Assembly: GCA_003427395.1 (NCBI GenBank)
Contig: BFEA01000038.1
Coordinates: 4,910,135-4,974,134, forward strand
Source of the DNA: Chara braunii
Lineage: Eukaryota; Plantae; Charophyceae
DNA: 64,000 nucleotides
Reading direction: 5' to 3'
Made by a program: the position numbers and the translations under genes. Within the stretch, counting starts at the first letter, position 1. Each line of letters starts with the position of its first letter. Shown piece after piece: positions 35,591 to 47,207 of the stretch. A model generated the notes under the pieces. It was not told the DNA's origin. It did no database searches and was given only the letters and a program-made list of their open reading frames with translations.

Positions 35591-38500
35591 TGTGACAAAC
35601 CACTTCACGACCCCGTGCCACCTTTCGTACCCTTTCTTTTGCTTATATCATACCAACCCCAGGAAAACCCCGTTTTTGATTTCTTGCTTTCGGGTGCCAC
35701 ATTTTCCCTTTTTGAAGAGTTTTTTCGACTGCTGAGTTCTGTTTTTCTTTTTGCAAAGATGGGAAATACATGGGAATTTCCATGGTATTAGCGAGCGCAC
35801 TGGGAATTGGGCTCAGCGGTTGGGAATTCCGGGATAAGCGAAACTTCGACGTGTCCTTTCCGAGTGTATGAATGTTCTNNNNNNNNNNNNNNNNNNNNNN
35901 NNNNNNNNNNNNNNNNNNNNNNNNNNNNNNNNNNNNNNNNNNNNNNNNNNNNNNNNNNNNNNNNNNNNNNNNNNNNNNNNNNNNNNNNNNNNNNNNNNNN
36001 NNNNNNNNNNNNNNNNNNNNNNNNNNNNNNNNNNNNNNNNNNNNNNNNNNNNNNNNNNNNNNNNNNNNNNNNNNNNNNNNNNNNNNNNNNNNNNNNNNNN
36101 NNNNNNNNNNNNNNNNNNNNNNNNNNNNNNNNNNNNNNNNNNNNNNNNNNNNNNNNNNNNNNNNNNNNNNNNNNNNNNNNNNNNNNNNNNNNNNNNNNNN
36201 NNNNNNNNNNNNNNNNNNNNNNNNNNNNNNNNNNNNNNNNNNNNNNNNNNNNNNNNNNNNNNNNNNNNNNNNNNNNNNNNNNNNNNNNNNNNNNNNNNNN
36301 NNNNNNNNNNNNNNNNNNNNNNNNNNNNNNNNNNNNNNNNNNNNNNNNNNNNNNNNNNNNNNNNNNNNNNNNNNNNNNNNNNNNNNNNNNNNNNNNNNNN
36401 NNNNNNNNNNNNNNNNNNNNNNNNNNNNNNNNNNNNNNNNNNNNNNNNNNNNNNNNNNNNNNNNNNNNNNNNNNNNNNNNNNNNNNNNNNNNNNNNNNNN
36501 NNNNNNNNNNNNNNNNNNNNNNNNNNNNNNNNNNNNNNNNNNNNNNNNNNNNNNNNNNNNNNNNNNNNNNNNNNNNNNNNNNNNNNNNNNNNNNNNNNNN
36601 NNNNNNNNNNNNNNNNNNNNNNNNNNNNNNNNNNNNNNNNNNNNNNNNNNNNNNNNNNNNNNNNNNNNNNNNNNNNNNNNNNNNNNNNNNNNNNNNNNNN
36701 NNNNNNNNNNNNNNNNNNNNNNNNNNNNNNNNNNNNNNNNNNNNNNNNNNNNNNNNNNNNNNNNNNNNNNNNNGTCTTGCTGTTTGCGCGCCCATTTCCC
36801 TTTCTTGATCGTCTGAATTTTTGACCCGTCTTGCGCCATTTCTTGCGCCTTTTCTCTTCTCACCCTCGGAGTCTGATGTACGACGCTCTATCGATCCCCT
36901 GATAACTCCCGCTTGCCAATCTGGTGCGTGGATCGATAGGACCTTCCTATCTCGTGACGTATCTGATTGGTTGAACCCTAAGTTCCGAGGGATCGGCATG
37001 GCGTTCGTAGAGCAATCTTCTCCAAATCTTCTCCTCCTGCTTCTCCTCTTACACCTCAGCTTTCCTGTCGCCTTCTCCCCCTTCTATCTCCCCTGTCGCA
37101 ACTATAAAACCCGCAAGCGCGTCCGGAAATCTCTCTTACGTTCTCGACTACTCAGCCAGCTTCTGGGAAGCAGTAGCTAGGCAGAGTTGATTAATGCGAG
37201 TCGAGAAGTCCTGTCGGGCTGACGATAGGCTGGCTGGTTGCGCGCTGGATCACCACGACGGGCTGTGGGATCCGGGCGAATCGTGTCGAGTCTACGACAG
37301 CGGGGTGACGATCGCAGTGGTGGGATTTAGCACGCGACGGCCGGGGCCGTCGGTGCGGGTACGAGGTTAAATGATTGAAGATGAGTGAGTGATTGGCCCG
37401 GGGCCATAGTGGAATTAACGGCGAATGCGCCTTTGCTGCGGATTGTTATCCTTGGCGTGAGCGTGCGGCGGTGACGCCGAACTTTTCTCTTTTCGGACCT
37501 TGTCATCTCCTATTTTGACTTTCATTCTCTCTCTCCCTCTCTCTTTTTTTGAATGATGATGCGTCTGAATGATTGTCCCTCTCTTGAGTAGGAATGAGTT
37601 GGCATCCTGCTTCTGCGTGAGAGAACTTCTTCTGGAACTCTTCCATTAGTTTCCTGGGTAATCCTCCTTCGCAAGGACCCCGTCTACTTATCTTGTGAAC
37701 GGAGGATGCGTGTGTATTGTGCAATGCGATCCATCCTTTCTTGTGCATGTCTCATTTTCGCACCTTCCACAGTGAATGCATGTATAGAGATGCGTGACTT
37801 TTTCGATTTGATTAGACAAGTGTCGTCGCGGTTTTGTTCGAGAATGCAGGAGTTTTAAGATTTGTAGCTCTGTTCGCACTGCGCATGCCATCTGCCTTAT
37901 GATGCACGACATCAGCAGCCGAGCCACGAGGCGGCCCTGAGAAACAAGGCGCCCAGGGACCAACGTTGGGTTGAACTGATCGGACCTGTAGCCATACTGA
38001 TCTGTGATTGCTTTCTCTCTCTTGCGTCAAAAAGATTGATTGGGGGACGCGCGAATCACTTCTGTTCTTAATGACGTCTCATGATATTTTGTGATTGATT
38101 GACATGTGGACTGACAAGTACCCTTCGGTTAGGCGTCAGCCTCCCATATATCCCATCCCAACACGACCTTTTCCTTACAGTGAGGAAAGGACACGTGTAT
38201 GTGAGTGGGACGTACGAGAAGCCGTTGCACAAATGGACGAGCAGTATTACTTCCTTCCGGCCAACCATTGTTCTGGGTTCGTAGAAGCCGGGTTTGTTTT
38301 TATCGATACGCACTTTCCACCTTACTCGGTATTGTTGCCATTTAACGAGTTAATCGTCATTCTGTGGACGATAGTAGAACCCCACTAGCTGCGCACTCTG
38401 TGCACCGAATGTCATCGTTTTGAGCGCTATGAGTCCAGGGGTTTCCACTACCGTGTGCGGAGTGAAGACGAGCGTAAAGAAAGAGCCAACCGACTGAGAC

Positions 38501-38860
38501 CCTCTACGTCAGGCTCGGAACTAACCAGCAAACGACCACGGGATTTGATACGAAAACGGGACACTCGAAGCGTGCCCAAGCCTTTCTGTTGTAAACGACG
38601 GGCTGTAGCCTGGTGGGAGGCACGACAATAGTTTTTGGATTGAATTTGGGTCCTCTCTCTTTCCCGCCTTGCCTGCGCGCGCATTCCGCGACGCGCAAAA
38701 CGATTGACTTGCTCCATCGGACCATCACAGGGGATTTTAGTTCCATCTGTGTCCCCACACTCAATTTCCAAAAATCCTTGGCACACCCCATCTTGCTGTT
38801 TTTTTGGCCTCCTATCCGCACAGCTAACACTCCGAACGAGAGATAGCACCGGGCATGAGG
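35591..38860 (+). repeat. 5' LTR of element A (contains an N gap)
   Basis: Matches 47468-49893; lacks the terminal ~13 bp next to the PBS. Confidence 0.9.
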
Positions 38861-38861
38861 T

Positions 38862-38872
38862 TGGTATCAGAG
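38862..38872 (+). promoter_or_regulatory. Primer binding site (initiator tRNA-Met)
   Basis: TGGTATCAGAG immediately after the 5' LTR. Confidence 0.9.
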
Positions 38873-38997
38873 TCGACACGTGTCGGTTCTGATGATAGTA
38901 AGTCGAGCTGGCGAGAGGTAGGAGAAACCCTCAACTAACTCGTCGGAATCGCCCTGTAACCCGATCTCAGTCTAGTGCGGTTGCATCAGCAATACCA

Positions 38998-40071
38998 GTG
39001 GTGGACGGTACTAGGGTGATCGTTAGCATCCCTTCCCCCTTTCCCTTCTTCCCTAACTATACCCATCCCGAGGCTTGGATGGAAGTTGTCGAAGCTCAAA
39101 ACTACAGCGCAACTGATCTTCCCCGTGTTATGACATTGCTACTCCGCAATACATCGCACGACTGGTTCAGAAAGCATACATGGGTAGATTGGGAGTCTTT
39201 TAAGCACGCATTCTTGGCTCCATTCGACACGGTTAGCGAAGATGTCGCCTGGTACGTGCTAAGAAATCGACCCCAAGGACCAGGGGAACTGTTACCCGAT
39301 TTCGTTGATCGATTTCAAACCACATTCGATAAATCCCGGCGAGATGAGAAATCTGCTCGAGATTTGTTTATTGATCACCTTCGAAGTTCGACCTTGAAAG
39401 GGAAATTGCAGAAAAAGGTTCCGTCAAAAACAACCTAGTTATCGACCATTATCACTAAAGCGTTGGAGCTAGACTTGGCTGATACAAAAAAATATATCAG
39501 CCAGGGAGATGAGGATATTACCGATACCATACGGGATGTAACGGCCAAAAGGTGATCATGGTTATAGGCGTTGGAATGGTTCTATCCCCACCCCGACCAT
39601 GACCTTCCCGACCGAATCGTCTTCGATATCCCGGCTGCTTCTCCTCCCTCTCCCCTAGGGAATCAATCATTTGCAGCCGTTAGAAGTGGAACTCCATCCG
39701 AACCTCCCTCGCCAGCCATAACTAATTTGCATCTTGCCCAGATGATCCATACGGCCACTACTAAGCAGTCCGAATGGATGAGTAACCTGATCCAAATGCA
39801 GGCGGCTCACATAAAATGGATGGAACAGATAATGAGCCGGCTCATTAAGCCTAACCCGGCTCCTGCCCGACCTACCCCTGCATCGTTTCTGCTCTTACCT
39901 GCTCCACCTACTCCAAGATTCGCCCCTCAGTTTCCCTATCTAGCTAGTCCGACAGGAAAGATCGAGTGTTTCAACTGCAAAAAGCCCGGGCATTTCGCCC
40001 GAGACTGTCCGCACCCGAAACGTAATCAGCCTCCCCCTACTGCGACCCCCGTCGCCCTTAATCAAGGATGA
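38998..40071 (+). pseudogene. gag: gag of element A
   Basis: Retrotrans_gag-like WESFKHAFLAPF...QGPGE...FVDRF; zinc knuckle CFNCKKPGHFARDC; in-frame stops. Confidence 0.88.
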
Positions 40072-43060
40072 GTGGCCGCTCAGATGGACACGGACCTGGG
40101 AAGAGAACTCGTGGCATACGCCCCGGGGCAGCCTTCCCCTTCGACGACAATGGTGTCGACAGCAGGAGCTTCTTTCTCTGACGCTGCTGACGTGGTCGAT
40201 CCCCTCGAGTATCTCCATCTTGCGGGAATGATCGGAGCGATCCGATCAACCGAAGATGATCTCGAATGGGTCGATCGCGAGTCCAATCTTGGACCACAGT
40301 TTTGGACAGGGGATATTGCTGTACTGAAAACGCTCAAGCAATTAGATATTCGCGTTCCTATCCCAGTAGGACATCTGCTTACCATATCTCAAGCAGCGGA
40401 CGATAAACTTTTACAGCATTGTCAAAAAAATCAAAAGAGCTTTACCTATCAGCGCATACAACGGATGTTGAAGAAGAAGGAAGAAGGTGAGGAGGTTGCA
40501 CCTCTCGAACCAGATACAAAAGAAACTGAACTCGAAGCCGCACGTATAGCAGCGATCTCTTTAGCAGATAACGATCACTTCGTACGAGCTCGACCGGTAC
40601 TGTGGAAAAGCGCGGAATGTGACTGTGAAGTTTGGGGTAAGTCGTTTAACGCCTTTATCGACACAGGATCTTCTGCAGTGGCCATATTGTTAGGAACTGT
40701 CAAAAACACGGGACGACTTGGATCCATTCTTCCTCAATCTGGCAAAGACAACTATGTCTCTGCCGACGAGGAAGCAATCAACATCGTAGGTATTATCGAG
40801 AACGTAGCCGTAAAAGTGGGACGAGTGCACGTCCTTGTTAACGCACTCGTAATAGATGTGCGTTTCTACTCTGTATTGTTGGGATTACCCTGGGCGATGG
40901 CGGTGGGCGCATGTCTGCATTTCGATTCGAAACAATTGGTGCTTACACAAACTGNGGGAAAGNCTNAGANTGTTCCTTTGCGGGTTTCCACCCNAACGAT
41001 AAAACGGGTCCCTAACTCGGCTCCCATCGGGATGATTCGATACATTGACCCCGAAGAGTGTTCCCCCTCGAACCTCGGGGATGGAATCAGGGAGCGAGAA
41101 TACGAAGAAGAGATGCTCAGTGAAGAGGAATGGAAACGTCTCATTGAACTTTTCGAACATGAAACCCTTGAAGAATTTCGAGTGTGCCCCGACACCGCTC
41201 GAAGCTTCCACGTGGATTCTGAAGACTGTGCATTCACACCTCTAACAACCCAGGTCAGTCCTTCAGTCCTCCTCGGGGAACCCATATTGCAAGTTTCCGA
41301 CCTGGCTGATGACTAGGAACCCCCTCGCACATTGTACGAGGGAACTCTTTCCTTACGAACGCGTTATCAACATACGGAACAGTATTTGGATGTCTCTGTT
41401 TTTCCGCCCAGACCATTACTAACGACAGGAGTCACCACCGCCTTGATTAAACAAGAGGCGGAAACACCAGTAAGTGACGTTATTAATCTGATGCAAGAAA
41501 TGACGGATCTAATAGGGCTAACTGTGGAACCGACTTCGGTTGGTTCAGAGACCGACGCTGAAACTAAAGAAACGGAGATGATCAGCCCCGCTGAGTCCCA
41601 GATGATAGCAACTGTTTTCTTTGTTCGCACCAGTAGTTCCGTTTTTTCTAGTGTCAATGAGCGGCGGGAGCGGCCGGTTGATTGGATCGATATCCCCCTT
41701 AAGATGTCCAGTGAATCAACGATCACCCTCCCGAGTCACGTTCTCGCGGAACTTCGGAAGTCATTAATCTGTGTGTTAAATGGTTACTCAGAAGTGTTGA
41801 GCGTGCATGACAATGATATCGGCTTAACTAATGTAATTGAGCATGCCATCCTCACAGGAGATCATCTGCCTATTAACCGCGGTCCCTATCGATACTCGCC
41901 AGCTCCAAGAACGGNCGCTTTTCAGCGGATTAAGGAGTTCGAAGCTAATGGATGGATCGAACCTGCTATAGGTCCATGGTCTTTCCCTGTAGTGATCGTA
42001 CCTAAGAAGGCTGGAGGGATTCACATTTGCATTNANNATNGAAAGTTGAATGATATCACGATCAAAGATNTGTATCCCCTCCCCCGGATTGATGAGTTGT
42101 TAGATGCGATTGGGAGTGCTCGATTTTTCAGCAAGTTTGATGTTCGTCATGGGTTTCATCATCTCCTTGTTCGTGAGGAAGATCATCCNAAAACCGCGTT
42201 TGTGNTTTTCGAAGGTACGTGGCAATGGATTCGATGCCCGATGGGTATCTGCAACGCCCCTGCGACTTTTCAGCGGGCCATGAACATGGCTTTTCATAAT
42301 TTCGTGCGGAAGACTCACCTGGCGCAAAGCATCATTGGAGCCGCAGAAGGTGGCAGCTGTCAGGGACGAGCCAGTACCTACCACTATCACGCAAGTTCGC
42401 GCCTTTCTAGGCCTAGCCTCGTATTACCGAAGATTTATCAAGGGCTTCACGGCGATTGCGGGACCTCTTACAAATTTGCTGCGCAAGGATCAACCGTTGA
42501 TCTAAACGCCATAATGCGATCAAGCGTTTTCCACACTCAAGGCTGCTCTCATTTCGGCTCTGGTCCTTATACGACCGGATCCTGAAAAACCATTTGTTCT
42601 CATCACTGACTTGCAGCCAGAGGCGATTTCGGCAATTTTTGCCCAGGTGGGACCAAGCGGACTCGAGAGTGTAGTGGAGTATGCGTCCAATCAATGCCCG
42701 CCTACAAGCGCAATTACGCCGCTCCAACGGGTGAATCCTAGCGGCTCTCTGGGAATCTGTCACTTTCGTGCTTACCTGTACGGGCGAAAATTCACCCTGG
42801 TGACTGATCATGAGCCCCTGTTGGCTCTGAAGAAGTCGAAGGATTACTCGGGCATGATTGGGCGATGGGCGACGGTGTTGCAGAGCATGGACTTTGACAT
42901 CCGCCATCGGAAGCACGAGAGACACGGAAATGCGGACGGACTGACACGACTACACCGGCCTAAGAAAGTTCCGAAGAATGAGGAGGTAATTCCGTGGAAC
43001 GAACCCGAACAGGAAATTGGACTTCGGTACGGCCAAGTGGAGATCTTATCGAAGCAGTAA
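40072..43060 (+). pseudogene. pol: pol of element A: protease, RT (catalytic YxDD region deleted), RNase H
   Basis: FIDTGSS; YPLPRIDELLD, KTAF, PMGICNAPATFQRAMN, then a jump at ~42335 to EPQKVAAV...FLGLASYYRRF in another frame; LVTDHEPL, NADGLTR. Confidence 0.9.
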
Positions 43061-43120
43061 GTGGCACGAGGACTAATTGTTCTGTTCTACCCTCCCTGCA
43101 TCCTCTCCTCCTTTGACATC

Positions 43121-44720
43121 ATGGCTACTCCACTCGCCTCCGCAAGCCCTTCATCTCCTACTAATTCTGCCCCACTCACATCCTCCGCTTGCTTTACCAC
43201 CCTCCCCGATAAATTCTGTTATTTTTGCACGTGTATTGCACAGGTTTATGGGGTCGACTGTCATCCCTTCGAGACCGGATTTGTCGATTGGGTAGAATGT
43301 GCCACGTGTGTCAACCGTGCGCATGGGGTCTGCGTTCGATATCGGACGAGTAGCAAGGAATGGAGGTGCCCCCTGTGTAGAACGAACAAGCTCCCCACGG
43401 AGGTTTGATTCGAGGCCGCCCGTACGGACGGTCCCGAATACGACGAAAAATACCGACGAGCGGAAGTCTAGACGGATAAAATTTTATTGGCGAAATTAGC
43501 GGGATTATCATTGGGTCACCTCACCAAACACGACAGACGTAAGGCGACCGAGAGATCTCGGGACTATCGATGGATCAACGGTCATTGGAAGAGCGTAAAA
43601 CTGACGGATCGGGTTCGTGGCTGATGATTCCTTATCCCTTCCAGAGATACGATTGGATCCGATTTGCTCACGAGGAACAGGCCGCTCATTTCGTGATACG
43701 TGTCACGGAGGCAACTGTAAACCAGAATCAATGGTTCTGGTCCAATATACAAGATGATGTCAAATACAATGTCGCTAACTGTCTGGTCTGTGCCGTTGAT
43801 CGCGCCCCTATACGGGGACCGAATACAATCGTACCAACGGAAGTAGAGCGTCCTTTTCAGCGAGTCAGTATGGACACGAAAGATATTGACGTGCCACCTG
43901 ACCCAAACCGCTGTGAATATTCTATTTTATTAGTATTAATTGACCACTTTTCAAAGTACATCGAGGTCTATCCCTGTAAGACCCGAAAAGCCGCAGAAAT
44001 AGCCACGTACATTGAACGGTTCCTCTATACCCATCTAGATACGGAAGAAATTCTAACTGACAATGAATCTGAATTTAAAGGTAAGGTAGAAGAACTACTT
44101 GCGCGAAGGGATGCACGCTCCGACATACGGCACCCCACGTGTCCCAGTCGAACGGGTTGGCCGAGAATGCCAACCGTATGATTAAAACGCCCTTCGCCGA
44201 AACTTAGCGGCACACGACATGCGTCCTTGGCCCGAAATCGTGTATCAGATAGTCGGGATCCACCGGGCCACCCCTCATGAGTCTACGGGGTTTACCCCCT
44301 TTCAGCTTCGAACAAATAGCCTTCCCTGTGTCGATTACTGGGGCAACTCGGAAATTGCCGAAGCAGGGGTAGAGACACGCGTGCGACTCTCAAGGCCAAG
44401 GCCAAAAGGTACGCCGATTCAATGGAACGGGCCGTTCCGAAGGTATCCCCAAAAAGGCAAAGGATGACCGAACTGGCCCACGGTAGACAGGTCCGTAGCT
44501 ACGAGGCTCGGAACGGAAATGCTAGGCCCCAGTACCAATATAAATTGGGGGACCTAGTGCAGGTACGTAAACGTGCACACGACCGGAAACTCGCTCCCAA
44601 GTTCTCGGGCTGTTTTCACGTTGTCGAGCTCGGACCCAACGGCGCCAACACTTTGTGCATCGCGCCTGAGGCTAGTGCCAGCCATAGCTCTGTCCCCATC
44701 GTTCGGCATACCTCCTACCT
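43121..44720 (+). pseudogene. Integrase with N-terminal PHD-like finger
   Basis: FCTC...WVECATCVNRAHGVC...WRCPLC, then HHCC (HEEQAAH...CLVC), VSMD, LTDNESEF, SNGLAE and a GPF/Y-like APKFSGCF. Confidence 0.85.
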
Positions 44721-44843
44721 CCATCTTCTTCCTCCTTCCGATCGTCCTCCCTCTTCTTCTTCGGAAAGCGAGGAGAACGACGACGATCTAACTTTCTCCC
44801 GTCTTTCTTCCTCTTGTCCTTCATCCTCCTCTCCGACCTCGCC

Positions 44844-45326
44844 ATGAGTTTTATCACGGAGCGGGTTCTCGACGCACAGTTGCGGCAGCCACGTGGCCAC
44901 ATCTACGAGATCCGGCAAGTTTGTCACCCTCGGCTCAATACGGATCTCCGCCGTTTGATGCGATTCTTCTGCGACGAAGGTATCTGTGCCGCCGCCACGT
45001 TTCGGATAAAAGGAAGCCCTCACGCAAAAGTATTCGCGGAGGTTACTGCAGTTCATCGGCGAGCGGGTCCCAGAACGAGCCACGTCACCACAGTGGTGGG
45101 ATTCACCGGCGACCTTAGCTCGGTCAATCTGCTGCGGCATACCGCGATCTTGGCCTCGCTGCGTGAGTGGACGGAGCAAGTGTCCAACGTGTGGCAGCAC
45201 CTCCTCGCGCGGGAGGGGTATAACATCATCCTGATCTTTGCATCGGATCTTGACGGTATTCGCCGATCACCGCGCGAGCGGCCAGTTGCGATCCCGGCCA
45301 TCAACCCCTTCCCCCGTCCCCAATGA
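44844..45326 (+). CDS. Extra 3' ORF 1 of element A, unknown function
   Basis: Intact 160-codon ATG ORF between the integrase and the 3' LTR. Confidence 0.5.
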   Translation: MSFITERVLDAQLRQPRGHIYEIRQVCHPRLNTDLRRLMRFFCDEGICAAATFRIKGSPHAKVFAEVTAVHRRAGPRTSHVTTVVGFTGDLSSVNLLRHTAILASLREWTEQVSNVWQHLLAREGYNIILIFASDLDGIRRSPRERPVAIPAINPFPRPQ

Positions 45327-45429
45327 ACCACGATGCTCGTCTCTCTCCTCTCTCTACCTTTGGTCTCCCCTCGTTCTTCCCCACCTTCTGGCAATCCGAT
45401 CTTCACCCTTCTCTTTCCTTCTCGTTCGA

Positions 45430-46330
45430 GCCTCTTTCAATCCCTCTTATCATTCCTGGATATTGGCGATTGTGGCGCGAAACTTTTGAGGAGTTGTCCT
45501 TTTGCTTGGCAGTACAAGTGATGTGGACGGGCACTACCGAGCATCCCACGTGGATCGAGAATCCGGAGTTATTGATCATACAGGGTTGAAGGACTCACGC
45601 GGAAGGAGATCTTATTGGGTTCCTCTTTTGATAGGTACGACCGGGTCGCCGTCAGCTGATTGCAGAGGAGCTCATCGCACCGATCGTGCAATTGGCGGAC
45701 AATCTCTCGCCCGACATCTATATTTAGAGCGACAACAGTCCTGCTCCGTACATTTTCGAGCGATCCTTGGATCCGTACCTTCAGTGGACTTCGTGCTTGG
45801 AGGAACCTAGGGACGAGGATACCCTACCATCGCGGCAGGAGTATTTGAAGTCGTACGAGATCATCCCTAACGCCTTTTATCCGAGGACAGCGGAAGTGGT
45901 GATCAACGACGACGACGAAGAAGAAGACAACGACGAGGAAACATCGGAGGAGGGAAGCTATAGTGAACATAGCGAGGGCGAGCCGAGTGAGGAGGAACAG
46001 GAAGAAGAAGGAACCGGGTCAAAGTGTGAAGCCCCGCCGGAGGAAGCGGAAGATCCGGAAGCGGCGCGAAGACGCGAAGAGATTGACTCCGGAAAGCGCC
46101 AGCTGGAGTTCGCTAGCGAGGCTAGCCTGCACATCGGTAGCGGTCCGACCAGGGATCTTGAGTCGCCGAGGCCCGAAGATGGCGACCCTGCAGCCGCCAC
46201 CTCAAGTACTGCGCGACGAAGACGGCGCCGATCCCCCTCCTCATCCTGCCCCACCCGTCCCACAGTTCGCCCACGTACCAATGCGGGCGATAGGCCTTCG
46301 ACCTTGCACGCTGCCCCGCCGACCCCTTGA
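45430..46330 (+). pseudogene. Extra 3' ORF 2 of element A, acidic C-terminal half
   Basis: ORFs 45323-45589 and 45767-46330 share a frame with intervening stops; Trp-rich N-part, D/E-rich tract, RRRRRSPS tail. Confidence 0.55.
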
Positions 46331-47207
46331 TTTTCTCACCCTCGAGCAGATCCGTACCCCCGTCACCTTCCCTTCCCATCCTTTCCATCCCCATCTCTTC
46401 CGCGACTTCTACTCTACCCATCTACTCGCCACCGTCCACCCCCACGCCTCCTTCCAATCCGCTGCCCCCACGTTCTGTTGGCATCTCCTGCTGTTCAGCG
46501 CTGCATGGGAGCAAAGCAACGTCGTAGAAGTCTACTGCGTTGCCACGGGGACTATCCCCGCCTNTCGCCACTTCGAGATCTTTTGAGCGGCGCTTTTCCA
46601 CACCCTCTCCTCTTTCTATCGCGATTACCTCTCTTCCCTCCCTCGCAGTGGTGATCATTTCTCCCGCTTCCACCGAATCATCCGATATGAGGAGCTCCCG
46701 GTGACGATGGAAGGGATGAATCGTTTCCTACCTCCACTCCCACCCTGTCAACCCTGCGAGATCCCCGNNNNNNNNNNNNNNNNNNNNNNNNNNNNNNNNN
46801 NNNNNNNNNNNNNNNNNNNNNNNNNNNNNNNNNNNNNNNNNNNNNNNNNNNNNNNNNNNNNNNNNNNNNNNNNNNNNNNNNNNNNNNNNNNNNNNNNNNN
46901 NNNNNNNNNNNNNNNNNNNNNNNNNNNNNNNNNNNNNNNNNNNNNNNNNNNNNNNNNNNNNNNNNNNNNNNNNNNNNNNNNNNNNNNNNNNNNNNNNNNN
47001 NNNNNNNNNNNNNNNNNNNNNNNNNNNNNNNNNNNNNNNNNNNNNNNNNNNNNNNNNNNNNNNNNNNNNNNNNNNNNNNNNNNNNNNNNNNNNNNNNNNN
47101 NNNNNNNNNNNNNNNNNNNNNNNNNNNNNNNNNNNNNNNNNNNNNNNNNNNNNNNNNNNNNNNNNNNNNNNNNNNNNNNNNNNNNNNNNNNNNNNNNNNN
47201 NNNNNNN

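Noticed and set aside
40069-40071. Programmed gag-pol readthrough at TGA
   Set aside because: Cannot be distinguished from mutational decay, since the element has many other in-frame stops; a family consensus is needed.
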